DNA of 64,000 bases from the human T2T-CHM13v2.0 reference genome, Homo sapiens, in NCBI RefSeq assembly GCF_009914755.1, contig NC_060940.1. One strand, written 5' to 3'. The translations under genes and the position numbers were made by a program. The notes below the pieces were generated by a model. It saw nothing but the letters and a program-made list of their open reading frames with translations, did not search any database and was not told the origin of the DNA. The first letter of the stretch is position 1. The number at the start of each line of letters is the position of its first letter. Below, piece after piece: positions 44,595 to 58,850 of this stretch.

Positions 44595-47254
44595 CTTACG
44601 GAAATAAACATGAACCTTTCAGTAGAATGTTCCTATCCACCCTGTTTTCACTTCTACAATCTGTGTTTACAAAATACGATACATTTTAGAAACCAAAATT
44701 CCATGCCTTCCTGGTCATTAATAACATTGACGTAAACTTGGTCCACCATCTGCAGTCTTTGGTGATGGGCAGAAAGAAAACGAAGTCCCTGAGTCTTTGA
44801 AAAGGGCAAAAGTGAGTGCAGGGACTGCAGTGATTATCTGTATGAGGTGAATTGAAACCTTACCACTGAGAGAACTGTGTGTAGTAATTACTGAGGAGCC
44901 AATTGTGCTCTGCTTAACGCATCCAAAGCAAGGCAGCTATTAGTGGTGTCCCCACTTCGGTGTTTATGCTAGAATACAGGAGGACAGCCTGGTTTTCTCA
45001 TACGATTTGATCTACAACATGATGAGCCTATGGCCGATGTTGTGTTCTGAACACAGGTGTGGCTTGCCCACCCAGAGGCGAGTAGGATGTTTAGTTTTAC
45101 TTAGACTGACACTAGGAACTCAGTAAAATGTTAAGCAGGTTTAGGGAAGTGCTTACCTGATAGTCTAATTTAGAAACATAATCTTGTACACACAGTAATA
45201 TTTATTATTGGAGTAAGTCAGTAGAAACAGACTCATAACCTTTCTAGGGAGACCCAGTAGGTAAAGTGGATTTACCAGACAGTAACATCTTAGTCTTTTG
45301 TGTTTGTATGGCAAGTATCTAAGTTAATAATGGGAAGTAGGTGAAAGTTTTCAGGTTGTGTACCATGCAATTGGTTTGACTTTGCCTTGCCAAGTAAGCC
45401 TAACATACCCCTTATAAATACACTACATGCATTTTTAGCAATTAGAATATTTACTTACTGAAATATATATATACATATATGTATTATATTTCCTTATTAA
45501 TATATATAATATGCGTGTGTGCATATATATATGCACACACACACACATATATTTTAGAAAGACACTTGCAAGCTCTCAAAAATGAGTTGCTGCAATACCA
45601 TTCCCTCTGCCAATCATATGGGTTAAGGCTGATTTTATTGCCAGTCATATCGTACTCAAGTTGAAGTGCTAAGAATGCTGTCTTATCCCTCAGCTAGATT
45701 AGTTTTAAAAGGTGATCCTGAAGTCCTGACAAGCACAGAGTGAGGATTTACGAAGTGACAAACAGATGCCGACGACATTTACTGTGAGATTTCTCATAGC
45801 TGAATTCCCAGTCCTGGCCAAGGAGAAATATGCAACAGGGGAGAGTGAAAGGGGCATTTTAAGTTGGGATTTATAAACAATCAATTCTCTTCTTATCAGA
45901 AAAAAAAAATGGAGAGGCTGGAGAAACCGTCTTAACTTGAAACAGTAGTTTATTGCTTCTTACAGCATGGTCTGTTTCTGTTCTGTGTGGTAGTCCCACT
46001 TACAGTGCACAGAGCTTCATGGCCTTTTGCAGCCAATTTAGCCCCTTGCAGCTCAGTGCAATGCCATGCTTCATCCTGGCAACTTCAAGGGCTTTATGGA
46101 AATACCCTACAGATGTGTAGGTGCTTTTGTACAGTTGGTAACTGAGGCTTCAAATCACCCCATCCATCTTCATGGCATTTCTTAGCTGATCAGCAAGAGG
46201 TGTACGCTGTATTTTCTTTTATAGCATCTTCATTACCTTTGTGTCTTCCGTAGCTGCTCATTTTTATGTATATGGCATCATTGGCCGGGCGTTATGGGGG
46301 TTCCTCTGGTCACGTTCCGGCCCTTCATTCTGCTAGCTTCAGGTTGGTGAGTCATGCATGTTTCTGACCAGATGGAACATGATTTTTCTTATTTCTCCAC
46401 TGTCCCTTCCAAGAATCTTTATTTCTCTCTCCGTTAGGTTCACATGAATGGTAGAGAGAGGAACTCAACAGCACAAAATAGTCAAAACATAACATTTTAT
46501 TAAAACCACATCCAGTGCAACCCCCGGACTGGCCCCTAGCACAGTGCCTGCTACATAATAGATGATCCAGTGAATATTGACAGAATGAAGACGTGATTGG
46601 ATTAACGACTGATCTTGCCACAAAAAATAATGACATGGAAACTATGACAGCAAAACAGTGCTCCTTGCTGAGAACAGTCTCTGCAACCTAAAGAAGGATG
46701 GAGCGGAAGAAATGTTTTATCTTTGTTTAAAAGAATGCAACAACTGTGGAGCTACCTAGGGTTCTCTGTAAGGCAGTTGCCTCCAACACAGCCAGGGTTA
46801 ATTTGCCTGTTGCACCCAGTTCATGTAGCTTCTCCTAGAATGTGCAGCAATAGAACGAGCAGGCCACCATCTATCACCAGAGAATATCTTACCTTTATTC
46901 AGGAGAGAGAGCTAAGGAGAAGATAAATGGTGACAGTGAGAGTTGAACTCCACAGGGTGCATCCTCTCCTTCCTCTCAATCTTAGTCCTGGGGAAGCTTC
47001 TCAGTTACCTTTATTGTGAGCCTCCTGTAAGTGGGGTTTCTTTTTTCCATCACTCACTGAAACCGGCGCATGGTATCTTCTCTGGAAAACTAGGACTTTA
47101 GGCAACATCAATCCTGCAACAGGGAAGCAAGAGCAACTTTGGTGGTTACAGGAAAAGCTGGAGATGGCTGTTTATGTATCCCTGGAGTTTGGTTTTTGGA
47201 GGCAGGTATCTTACTTGGGCTGAGGTATGAAACTGTAGCCAATTATGTCACCAT

Positions 47255-47342
47255 CTATAATCGGCCAGATTGTCCCTCCACCAATTCATATGTTGAAATC
47301 CTGGCTCCCTTTGCCTCACAATGTGACTGTATTTGGAGACAG
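47255..47342 (+). mobile_element. MLT1B-like LTR, 5' ~88 bp
   Basis: 'aattcatatgttgaaatcct...aatgtgactgtatttggagacag'. Confidence 0.8.
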
Positions 47343-47344
47343 TT

Positions 47345-48000
47345 TGTCTTAGTTCACTTGTGTTTCAGTAAGGGAGTAGCTAACGCTGGGGAATTTATAA
47401 AGAAAAGAGGGGTGTTTTGGCTTATGGTTCTGCAGGCTGTGTAAGAAGCAGGCACCAGCATCTGCTTCCGGTGAGGACTTCATGCTGCTTCCACTCGTGG
47501 CAGAAAGAGAAAGGGAGCTGGTATGTGCAGAGATACATAGTGGGAGGGGAAGCAAGAGATAGTGGGGAGGAGCCAGGCTCTTTTTCACAACCTGTTCTCT
47601 GCTGGGTGCAGTGGCTCATACCTGTAACCCCAGCAATTTGGGAGGCTGTGGTGGGAAGTTTGCTTCAGGGTAAGAGTTTCAGAGCAACCTGGGCAACATA
47701 GCAAGACCGTATCTCAACAAAAAATTAAAAAGATTAGCTGGGCATGATGGCATATACCTGTAGTCCCAACTAATAGAGAGGCTGAAGCAAGAAGATTATT
47801 TGAGTCCAGGTATTTGAGGCTACAGTGAGCTGTGATTGCAGCACTTGCAATCCAGCCTGGGTGAAGAGTGAGATTCTGTGTCTGTAAGCAAACAGATAAA
47901 CAGACAAAAAGCCCACCAGTTCTCCTAAGGACTAAGAGAGCAAGAATTCACTCACCCTCTATTCCCTTCCTGGCGGGCATTAATCTATTCATGAGGGACC
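47345..48000 (-). mobile_element. MSTB-like LTR (truncated) split by an AluJ
   Basis: 'ggaatttataaagaaaagagg...ggcaccagcatctgcttccggtgagg'; resumes 'gggcattaatctattcatgaggg'. Confidence 0.85.
47601..47910 (+). mobile_element. AluJ SINE
   Basis: Diverged full-length Alu. Confidence 0.9.
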
Positions 48001-48004
48001 CATC

Positions 48005-48497
<493 letters not shown>

Positions 48498-48509
48498 ATT
48501 TGGATAATA

Positions 48510-48865
48510 ACCTCAAGGCCTTTGCACTTGCAGTTGGCTCCTGCCAGCTTATTACATGGCTGGCTCTTGCCCTTCCTTCTGCTCTCAGTGCAAACATTAC
48601 CTCCTCAAAGAGGCCAACCCTCACCTTCTCATCAAAAATGGCTCCTCTTACCCATTGTAACCACTCTATTAAATTTTTCCTTTTTGAGCACTTAAGTCGC
48701 ATTTAAAAAAATTTTTAATCCGTATTTGGTTTGCTGGTTCCCTATATGCCTCCCTTCACTGAGTGTAACCTTTGTGGGGGCAGGAGTCTTGTCTGAGTCA
48801 TCATTGCCCAGGGGCGTTCTGTTGTGTTCAGCCAAATGTTGAATGAATGGATGATGCAATAGATG
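48510..48865 (+). mobile_element. L2 3' relic
   Basis: 'ggcctttgcacttgcagtt...acctcctcaaagaggcc...aaatgttgaatgaatgg'. Confidence 0.7.
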
Positions 48866-49209
48866 AATGAGACAAGAGTCTCTCCAGGGAAGCTGAAGTG
48901 GCACACACACTCTCAAGGTCTTGAAAATGCCTGACCCCTAGTGCAGGGGTTCCATGATGCACCATAGAGTTGATGGTAGGCAGGCAAAATGAAAGCTTTT
49001 AAGCCCCATTGATTCACCTGTGCTTATTAAACTGCCTTGCCTCTAAAAATGATCATTCTCCAGTGAAAACCAGGGATAGCGACGCTCAGTGCAGATTTCC
49101 CAAAGGAAGAAAATCCAATGAAGTGCATCTTTGCAGTGTGTGCATTGCTTGTCAACCTGCCCTGCAATTGTGTGTATTCAATAAGGGTGATAATGATGAT
49201 GACAATGAT

Positions 49210-49641
49210 TTTATCAGTCAAGATCCCACACAAGAAACACAACCAATAGGATACTTCTATAGGTTAAGAGATTTATTGCAAGGGAGTACTTATAGGATTG
49301 CGAGGCTGACTAAGCAATTCAGAAATCCATGGGCCAGGCCATCAGGAAGAGTATGTTGGCAACTCTTGGGCAGGAGCTGACAGCGTGGACCACACTGTGG
49401 TCCTCAAGGATCACATGGACCACGGTGTGGTCCTTCCTCACAGTTTTGCTCTTAAGGCCTTTTTCCAATTGCACTACACTCACCAAGATTTCTTAAGACA
49501 ATCTACTTTACTTAAAGACAATCAATGTTAGGTGTTATTCATATCTATAAAATGCCTTCACAGCAATACCTAAATTAACATTTTATGGAATAAACGGATA
49601 CTGTATTCTAACCAGGTTGACACTTAAGACTGACCGTCATA
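49210..49641 (-). mobile_element. ERVL LTR (MLT2-like)
   Basis: 'agaaacacaaccaataggata...gagatttattgcaagg...ccttcacagcaatacctaaatta...ttgacacttaagactgaccgtcata'. Confidence 0.75.
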
Positions 49642-49847
49642 CTGATGCTAATGTTGATGATGATGACAACTGCTACTCTGTATTTTGCTCTTAGTAGGTG
49701 TCAGGCATGCTGTTAAAGTTCTTACATGTGTTTTCTAATTTACAACATTGTTGCTCCAATTATCATTCTCATAGTATCAATAAGGGGGTTCAGGGAGGTT
49801 AAATGACATGTCCAAGGTCACACAGGGCTGAAAAGTACATCTGTGTG

Positions 49848-50143
49848 TGAGCAAGTCTAGAGATCCAATGTACAGTATGATGACTCTAAGAAATAATAAT
49901 GTATTGAATACTGGTAATTTGCCAAAAGGGTAGATTCTAGGTACTCTCACTATAAAAGAAAAAAAAATTTCAAGAATATAAAAATAGAAAGGAGGGAAGA
50001 AAGGAAACTAATTTTATGAGATGATGAGTGTGTTAAATTGCTTGACTACATAATCACTTCACTCTGTATGTGGAAGTCAAGATAAGTATGTCAAAGTATT
50101 ATGTTGTATACCTTAGATACATACACTTAAAAAAAAAAAAAAA
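49848..50143 (+). mobile_element. L1MA-like 3' end with poly-A
   Basis: 'agtctagagatccaatgtacagtatgatgact...atgttgtataccttagatacatacac'. Confidence 0.8.
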
Positions 50144-50151
50144 AGGACTCT

Positions 50152-50469
<318 letters not shown>

Positions 50470-51741
50470 CTAAATTTAAACGTTTATCCAGTGGGCTGGT
50501 AGCTGTCATAGGGATAGAAATTCTAGGCTCTAGGACTCTATCACTAGTAAATACAGGGAATTAAAAACTCCAAGGAGTATTTTTCATGTAAAGCAAACAA
50601 ACAAAAAAGGCCTTGAGTCTTAAAAGAGAGAGAAAGAGTTGTTGAAATCTAGAGGCACACCTAGTAAGCAAGGGTAATGTATTGCATTTCCAGGAGAAAA
50701 TGAACAAGAATGTAAGTTACACTGATTCCTGCCCTGGGGTAATGGGTGGGTTTCCTTTTCAGCTCTCGTGCCAGGTGGGCATTCGCCTGAACTAGGAGGA
50801 CTCGGGGGGATTCAAGCCCCCTGTCTCTAGGTTGCTATGAGCTTTCACATCTTCCTCTGGTTTATCCCCCGCCCTTAGCACGAGGTGGTTGCAGCGTTTC
50901 CTAATATAAATGCAAGCAAAATAAAATTAGAAATGTGCTGGTCGGGGGAAGCCAGCTACCCACAGGCGCCGTAAATTGCCTTTTCCTCTCACCCCTACTC
51001 CCTCCTACCCACCCCTTCTCACTCCCATCAAGCCACCCCAAATAACCTGCCTTGCCTGGCTGAGTCACGGTTTCTGGAAAAGTGGGGCCAAGAAGGTTCC
51101 TAACAAGTCACTGGAGTGATGATTAGTGGATGATCAGCGGTCAAAAGAGAATCATGCATGGAAGGAAGGTGGATAGGATTCATTGGCATGAGTGGCAGAT
51201 CCGGGAGGACTGCTTGGGGCAGACTGTTTGAGTGACATAGGTCTTTTAGGGTCAAGGGAGAGAAACCAGAGAATGAGGGAAGCACAAGCTACTAAATTTT
51301 GCCATCACAGCAGCTGCCTTTGTGTACAGTCCCTTTGCCTCTGCTGTTCCAATATTGGGATGGTTCCCTACCCTCAGGAAAGTATTCGCTTGCCTGTAGC
51401 CGCGTTGACCCTAGCGCTTGATGACTGAGGAACACTTGTGTTATTAGCAACCCCTCTTTCCCACTATTTTAAATGAATAGGCATACTTGTATCCATGCAG
51501 ATGCTGCTTTAGAGTTTAGGGAATTACAAAATCAGGTACACCCTAGAGTGGGGTTTCTCAACAGCACCAGAATAATGGGATCAGTCCTGGGCACGAACAT
51601 TTTTCCAAGCAGAGTAGTCTCACATCCCTTGAAGGCTGAGAACTCTCATATAAAGGCATTCCACAAGTTGTTTTAGAAAAAAAACGAGAAAATAGCCTCA
51701 ATATTTGAGGAGTGTAGTTATTAGGAATAACTTACGCTACA

Positions 51742-51893
51742 TGAGGACAAATACCTAAAGCATGTGGGCCTTAAAACCTAGATGACAGGTTGATAGGTGC
51801 AGCAAACCACCATGGCACATGTATACCTATGTAACAAACCTGCATGTTCTGCACATGTATCCCAGAACTTAGAGTAAAATCAAAAAATAAAAA
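51742..51893 (+). mobile_element. severely 5'-truncated L1PA 3' end
   Basis: 17-bp TSD gaataactta(c/g)gctaca at 51725-51741 and 51894-51910. Confidence 0.92.
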
Positions 51894-52294
51894 GAATAAC
51901 TTAGGCTACAATGATGATGTCGGTGCTGGTGTTGATGAAGGCAATAGTGGTTACATGTAACCTAGTATCTAGCTCTTACCGTGCCACTCATATTTTGAGA
52001 ATAATTCTATGGAACACTTGACTTGATCCTTCCAGTCATCTTGTAAGGCAAATATGATTGTGCCTACCCTTGCTTTTATAGATGAGCAGAAGTAAATGAA
52101 AGCCAGAGATTGGAATAGGTTGCCAAGACTTTACTGCTAATAGGGGTTGAGAATGGAGGGACATAGGTTATCCAGACCCTGAAGCCCGAACTCCCTAACC
52201 ACCTCAAAACACTGTCAGGATCAGGAGAAATGCAGATTACACGGAACAATATCTGGGGCAGAAAAACAATGAGGCATCAGTTTTTCCCCCTTTA

Positions 52295-52465
52295 TCAGTG
52301 GTTCCCCATTCTGGCTGCAACACATTCGCTGAGGTTGCCTTAAAAAATCACGTTGCATGGATCCAAGCCCAAACCAATTAAAGATAATTTTAGGAATACG
52401 GGACTCAGTGATCAGTATTTCTTTAAGTTCCCAGTGTAATAGGCAGCCAGAGTTGAGAACCATTG
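52295..52465. mobile_element. MER5-like hAT MITE
   Basis: Ends 'cagtggttcccca' ... 'gcagccagagttgagaaccattg'. Confidence 0.7.
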
Positions 52466-53449
52466 CCTGACATTAAAGATTCACAAAATGTGGTCCATGA
52501 ATCAGACTTTAATAGATCTGTTCCAAGTTTTCATGAATGAGTATTTAGTAAAGATGTGGTGCATGGCTTTTCCTAATTCTCAAAGGGATCCTCTAATGCC
52601 AAAAAAAAAAACACAAACAAGGTGGGAAATCATTCCCTTGGAGTATGATGGGAGCTTACCGTGTGCCTGGAACTGAAGTGGATCTTGAGATGAGCTATCT
52701 CATTTAATAATCCTAACAGCCCTGATATTGTCCCATTTTATACTCAAGGGACCGAGGTTCCAGAAGGCTAGGGAATATGCTTGATATGTCATCATGAATA
52801 ACGGATAGAGCCATAAACCAACTCAAATCTACTTAATGTCAAAGCCAGTTATTCTTAATAGACTTCTCTGATGGATGAGGGTTGAAAAAGTCCTGCCCAG
52901 CAATAGGGGGAACGACTCAAAGACAGCTAGAGGGCTTTGCCAGCCAGAGGGCATGCAGGAACTCTGAAGTGGTGGGTTGTTAAGAACTAAAATATTCCAT
53001 TTGCACCGCAGAGCTCAGAATTAATTTCCACTGTCCTGATGGAGCAGGTGGGAAGGAATTTGACCTCTCCCCTTTGCCTAGAAACTGGTCCTTTCTGGAA
53101 GCTTCTGAGCTTGCTATGGAAAAAAAAAAAATTTTTCCACTTCTTTCCCCTGCTACCTTATTTTCTTGTTCTCTGACCATTTATCTCAAACAAGGAATTA
53201 TTATCTTTCTAATGAAGCCACAGTAGACCCTTCATTTAGCCTAGGATATGTCACCCCTACAATTTTCTGTGAAGTGTTTTTTTCTCAAAAGACTTCTGAA
53301 ATTGAATTTCTTACGCATATGGGAGGAGAATGATCTTTATGATGACACGATGATCTTATCCAGCAAATATATTTCCCTGTAGATCCCTACTTTAGCAGAT
53401 GGCATGATCGGGGTGCTCAAGCTAAACACTTCTTTGTCCTCCTTAATTC

Positions 53450-53830
53450 CTCTCTCATGGGCAGACTGCTCCCTTCCTATTCTAAATCACCGTGTCTTGC
53501 CATGCCTCTCCGATCCATCCACTGCCTCCATCTCCATCATCTCTCTGGTCCAAACCTCATCCGTCTCTCAGACAGGAAACCGCTGTGGTTTCTGCTTGGT
53601 CACCCCACTAGCTGTGCTCCTACCTCATCGTCTGCAGCCAGAGTAATAACTTTTAGTACAAATCTGATCATGTCTGAGCTACTTAAAACTCTTCTGTGGC
53701 TGCTCTGAGCCCTGCACATAAAATCCAGAACCCTTCACACAGGCTACCGTATACTGCGCGATCTTTCTTTTTGCTCTCCAGCCTAATTTTTCTCCATGGT
53801 TTCCTTCACTGTCTCAATCTCACCCCTGCA
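53450..53830 (+). mobile_element. L2 relic
   Basis: 'ctggtccaaacctcatcc...aaatctgatcatgtc...cttaaaactcttctgtggct...ataaaatccagaaccc'. Confidence 0.7.
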
Positions 53831-53922
53831 AAATGAAGTAGACACATGTTCCTCACATTTAATGTCTGCATATATGAGATTAGAAATGGGATAGTCTGGG
53901 TGTCTGTCTCACAGTGAAAGAG

Positions 53923-54533
53923 TTTTGTTTATTCTTTTTATTTTATTTTACTTTAAGTTCTCGGACACATGTACTGAATGTGCAGGTTTGTTACATAGGT
54001 GTCCATGTGCCATGGTGGTTTGCTGCACCTATCAACCCATCATCTAGGTTTTAAGCCCCACATGCATTAGCTATTTGTCCTAATGCTCTCCCTCTCCTTG
54101 TCTCCACCCCCCGCGGACAGGCCCTGGTGTGTGATGTTCGCCTCCCTACGTCCATGTGTTCTCATTGTTCAACTCCCACTTATGAGTGAGAACATGTGGT
54201 GTTTGGTTTTCTGTTCCTGTGTTAGTTTGCTGAGGATGATGGTTCAGCTTCATCCGTGTCTCCAAGTGTAAATTAGTTCAACCACTGTGGAAGAAAGTGT
54301 GGCAATTCCTGAAGGATCTAGAACCAGAAATACCATTTGACCCAGCCATCCCATTACTGGGTATATACTCAAAGTATTATAAATCATTCTTCTATAAAGA
54401 CACCTGCACATGTATGTTTATTGCAGCAGTAATTACAATAGCAAAGACTTGGAACCAACCCAAATGCCCATCAATGATAGACTGGATAAGGAAAATGTAG
54501 CACATATACACCATAGAATTTTGTTTATTCTTT
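53923..54533 (-). mobile_element. L1PA insertion with 5' inversion (twin priming)
   Basis: Antisense 3'UTR ~53938-54263 joined to a sense ORF2 fragment ~54266-54518 (ORF 54297 WQFLKDLEPEIPFDPAIPLLG); 15-bp TSD ttttgtttattcttt. Confidence 0.92.
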
Positions 54534-55280
<747 letters not shown>

Positions 55281-55414
55281 CTGCGTATTAGTTAAGAACA
55301 TCGGAAAGTCCAGGTTCTCTCATTGACCGTGAGCAGAAATCCAGGTAGTCTTTTGACTTGTCTAAGCCACTGTTTTTTCTTCCGTAAAATGGGAATAATA
55401 ATGGCATCTACCCT

Positions 55415-55535
55415 GGACCGGGCGCAGTGGCTCATGCCTGTAATCCCAGCACTTTGGGAGGCTGAGGGAGGAGGATTGCTTGAGACCGAAAGTTCTAGAC
55501 CAGTCTGGGAGTCAGAGTGAGACCTTGTCGCTAAA
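55415..55535 (+). mobile_element. FLAM_C / free Alu left monomer within a MIR
   Basis: Monomer ending 'gagtgagaccttgtcgctaaaaa'; MIR continues on both sides. Confidence 0.8.
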
Positions 55536-55609
55536 AATTTTTAAATAGCGTCCACTTCATGGGTTATTGTAAAACTTAAATATAATGATAGGAGTAAAGA
55601 GTGTAGCAC

Positions 55610-55722
55610 AGAATTGCTTGAACCTGGGAGGTAGAGGTTGCAGTGAGCCCAGATCGTACCGCTGTACTCCAGCCTGGGCAACAGAGTGAGACTCCGTCAA
55701 AATAAAATAAAAAACCCACAAA
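55610..55722 (+). mobile_element. 5'-truncated Alu right arm
   Basis: TSD gagtgtagcacag at 55599-55611 and 55737-55749. Confidence 0.88.
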
Positions 55723-56021
55723 CAAACCGAGACAATGAGTGTAGCACAGCACATAGAATGTAATTAGCACTCCAGAAGCCTGAGCTATTGTTATAATTCC
55801 TCTTTTCATTACAGAAAAATTCTTAGGGTAGCAGTTCCTGGTAGTTACTGTTTTTTCACAAATATGTATTTACTTTTTACCAAGTTCTAGTTATTTATTC
55901 ATTCTTTTCAATCATCCTGTGTTGTAATCATTACTTTCCCATTTTATATCCAAGGAAACAAAGTCAGAGAATTCAGGAATGCACCCAGGGCACATTGGTA
56001 AGGAAAAGTACAGCAGGATTT

Positions 56022-56474
<453 letters not shown>

Positions 56475-56888
56475 AGGAAAACTACAGCAGGATTTATGAG
56501 CGAAAGCAACCAGTGAATATTTGGAAGCTTTGTTCCTGGTGTTCGGGAGTCTGCTGTCCTCTGACCTCTTGACTTCCAACCCCTCGTCCATCACTCTTTA
56601 TCTTATCCCTCAAAAAAGGCATGACAAAGGGTCATGAGAGGCCTGGTTCTGAGAATATAATCAATTACTTGGCTTGAAAAGGAAAAAAAAATGTCAGTGT
56701 TTATTTGTTTTTAATCATAGGGGGAAGGATTTTTTTGGTGAAGAGTCACCATTCAATTTCTTCTGAGAAAAAGCTTTATTTACATCAGTAAAGATTGCAA
56801 GGAGACATCAGAAAGAACATTTTTATAGTGAAGGTTTTGAGATCCTAGGGAGTTCATCTGAAAGACTTACAGCATTGTCACTACTCAC

Positions 56889-57140
56889 TGCATGTGTGTG
56901 GGCATGTGTGTACACGCGTGTGTGCATGTGTGTGCATGCGTATGTGTGTGTGTGTGTGTGTGAGTGTAGGTGTGTGCGTGCATGTGTGTGCGTGTGCACA
57001 TGTGTACCTGTGTCTGCGTGTGTGCATGTGCATGTGTGCACGTGCGTGTGTGTTTGTACGTGTGTGGGGTGTGTGCGCGCGTGTGCGTGCATTTGCATGC
57101 GTGTGCGTGTGTGTGTGTGTGTCTGTGTGTGTGTGTGTGC
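56889..57140. repeat. compound degenerate (TG)n alternating purine-pyrimidine tract
   Basis: ~250 bp of TG/CA/CG alternation. Confidence 0.93.
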
Positions 57141-57672
57141 CCCTGAGTAGAGCTCCCTCTGCAGAAGTCAGGCTGAATCATCCCACCTTGCTGACTCTTT
57201 CTAACCCTATGATCCTTTGCCTGAGTAGGTGGGGAGTGAGTTTAAACCTTATGTCTTATTTTCCTTCATTAATTTGGCCAAATCATCTGAAAATCACTAT
57301 TCTCTACCTCTCAAAGATGTAGATGGTGGTACTAATTTAAAAATTGCTATAACACTCTAAGCCATCATCAGTATATTGTTTTCTGGTTTTCACCTTCTTC
57401 AGTATGCTTCCTATGAGACAGAGTTAGAAGTGGAAAGAGGTGAAGATAGAGATGGTGAAAGAGGGTGAGAGATTTAAAGCCATATTCGATCCCAGTGAGA
57501 GAGCTCATACAGAAGAGGCATAGTTGAGAGAGAAAATAGCAAAACAGTAACTAGGTGTCACTCTTTTACCAGCATTCACAGTAATTGAGCTGAGAAAGAG
57601 GTAAAAAGTTTTTTTGAGTGATTTTGTTAACCAGAAGACGTGATTTGACTTAGGGTTTGTGGGGGTTTGCTC

Positions 57673-57719
57673 TGTGTGTGTGTGTGTGTGTGCGTGTGTG
57701 TGTGCGTGTGTGTGTGTGT
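57673..57719. repeat. (TG)n microsatellite
   Basis: Seen directly. Confidence 0.95.
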
Positions 57720-57799
57720 CCTTTTGTTCCTAACTGGCTGTGAGACTTTGGTAAGTCATCTTAAAGTGTTTTTTTTTTTAAAGTAGTTTTCAGCAGAGA

Positions 57800-58850
57800 T
57801 TGCCTTTTATTTTTTCTCTTCTACTGCACGATGCAATCAGGAACCTGTCTAGAAGTATCAGAAGTTGCTGCTACATTTTGGTGGACTTGCACCTGACTCA
57901 CCCCTCCAGCCTCGATGCATCGCATGCAGTTAGCATGTTCAGCACAATCTTCTCTCTTGGGTTTGGGCAGGCATATGGTCTGTGCCTAGCAGAGCTGATA
58001 TTGCTGGTTCCAAAAAACTGCCTGTTACATGCTGGTGGTCACAAGAGAAGAAGAGGTGAGAAGGGCTCGGGGCCAGACAAAGCACGCCTTTGTAAATGAA
58101 TGTGGAGTTGGCCACCAGCAGTCTTCATTATCCCCGTCATTGCAGGCAGCTGAGCTGGCTTTGTGTCAGCCCTGCTCGGAGTAGCCTTGTTAATTCACCC
58201 CCATGAAAATGGAAGTTTCATACACATTGACATAATTAATGAAGAGGCAGGCAGCATGCTCTACCAATTAACACCACAGGGAAAAGTAAAATGGGCTTTC
58301 TTTTGGCATATTGTGCCAAAGTTAAGGACTGTAAGACACAGCAAATAAATAGAGATGCTTTTAATGAGCTGCAAGATCGAGCTGAATAAGTCAGAAAGGA
58401 GTGTTGGGTAAACACTGCCAACTCTTTGCACCGTTAAGAGTAATTGATGAGCGTAGTTGAAAGTTTGGGGGGAAAGAGAACCGTCGGCTGCTCCAACCGT
58501 GTTCATTTATAAATGCATCTTTCCCTGAAAGCTACTGTTAGGTGTGTTTAAGGGTGTAATGTGCAAGAGGAAACAAATATGACAGACTTGCTATTTTGTA
58601 GTGCCCAGAAAATATGAGGCATAGCTGTTGTAGAAAGAACAAGCGTGGCGGATTTTTCACACTTGATGGGATTGTTTTTGTCAAACTCGGAGTAAAACTG
58701 GCTCCTCTGCCGTATAGATCCCTGCTCTGAGTACACCCTGGAAACAGGAAGCAGAGAATCTTTAAGAGTGGTATTGGAATGACTCCATTCCTTTTAGAAA
58801 AGCCAGACGGATAATTTAATTTTTGTTCTCTATGTTTGTGATATGAAAGC
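57800..58850. promoter_or_regulatory. candidate conserved non-coding element / enhancer
   Basis: No recognisable repeat; TAATTAAT 58233, GTAAACA 58408, TTGGC-N7-GCCAA 58303-58319; conservation not verified. Confidence 0.35.

Noticed and set aside
56823-57322. Cys/Val- or His/Thr-rich ORFs (also 4867-5499 and 55912-56276)
   Set aside because: Stop-free frames produced by microsatellites
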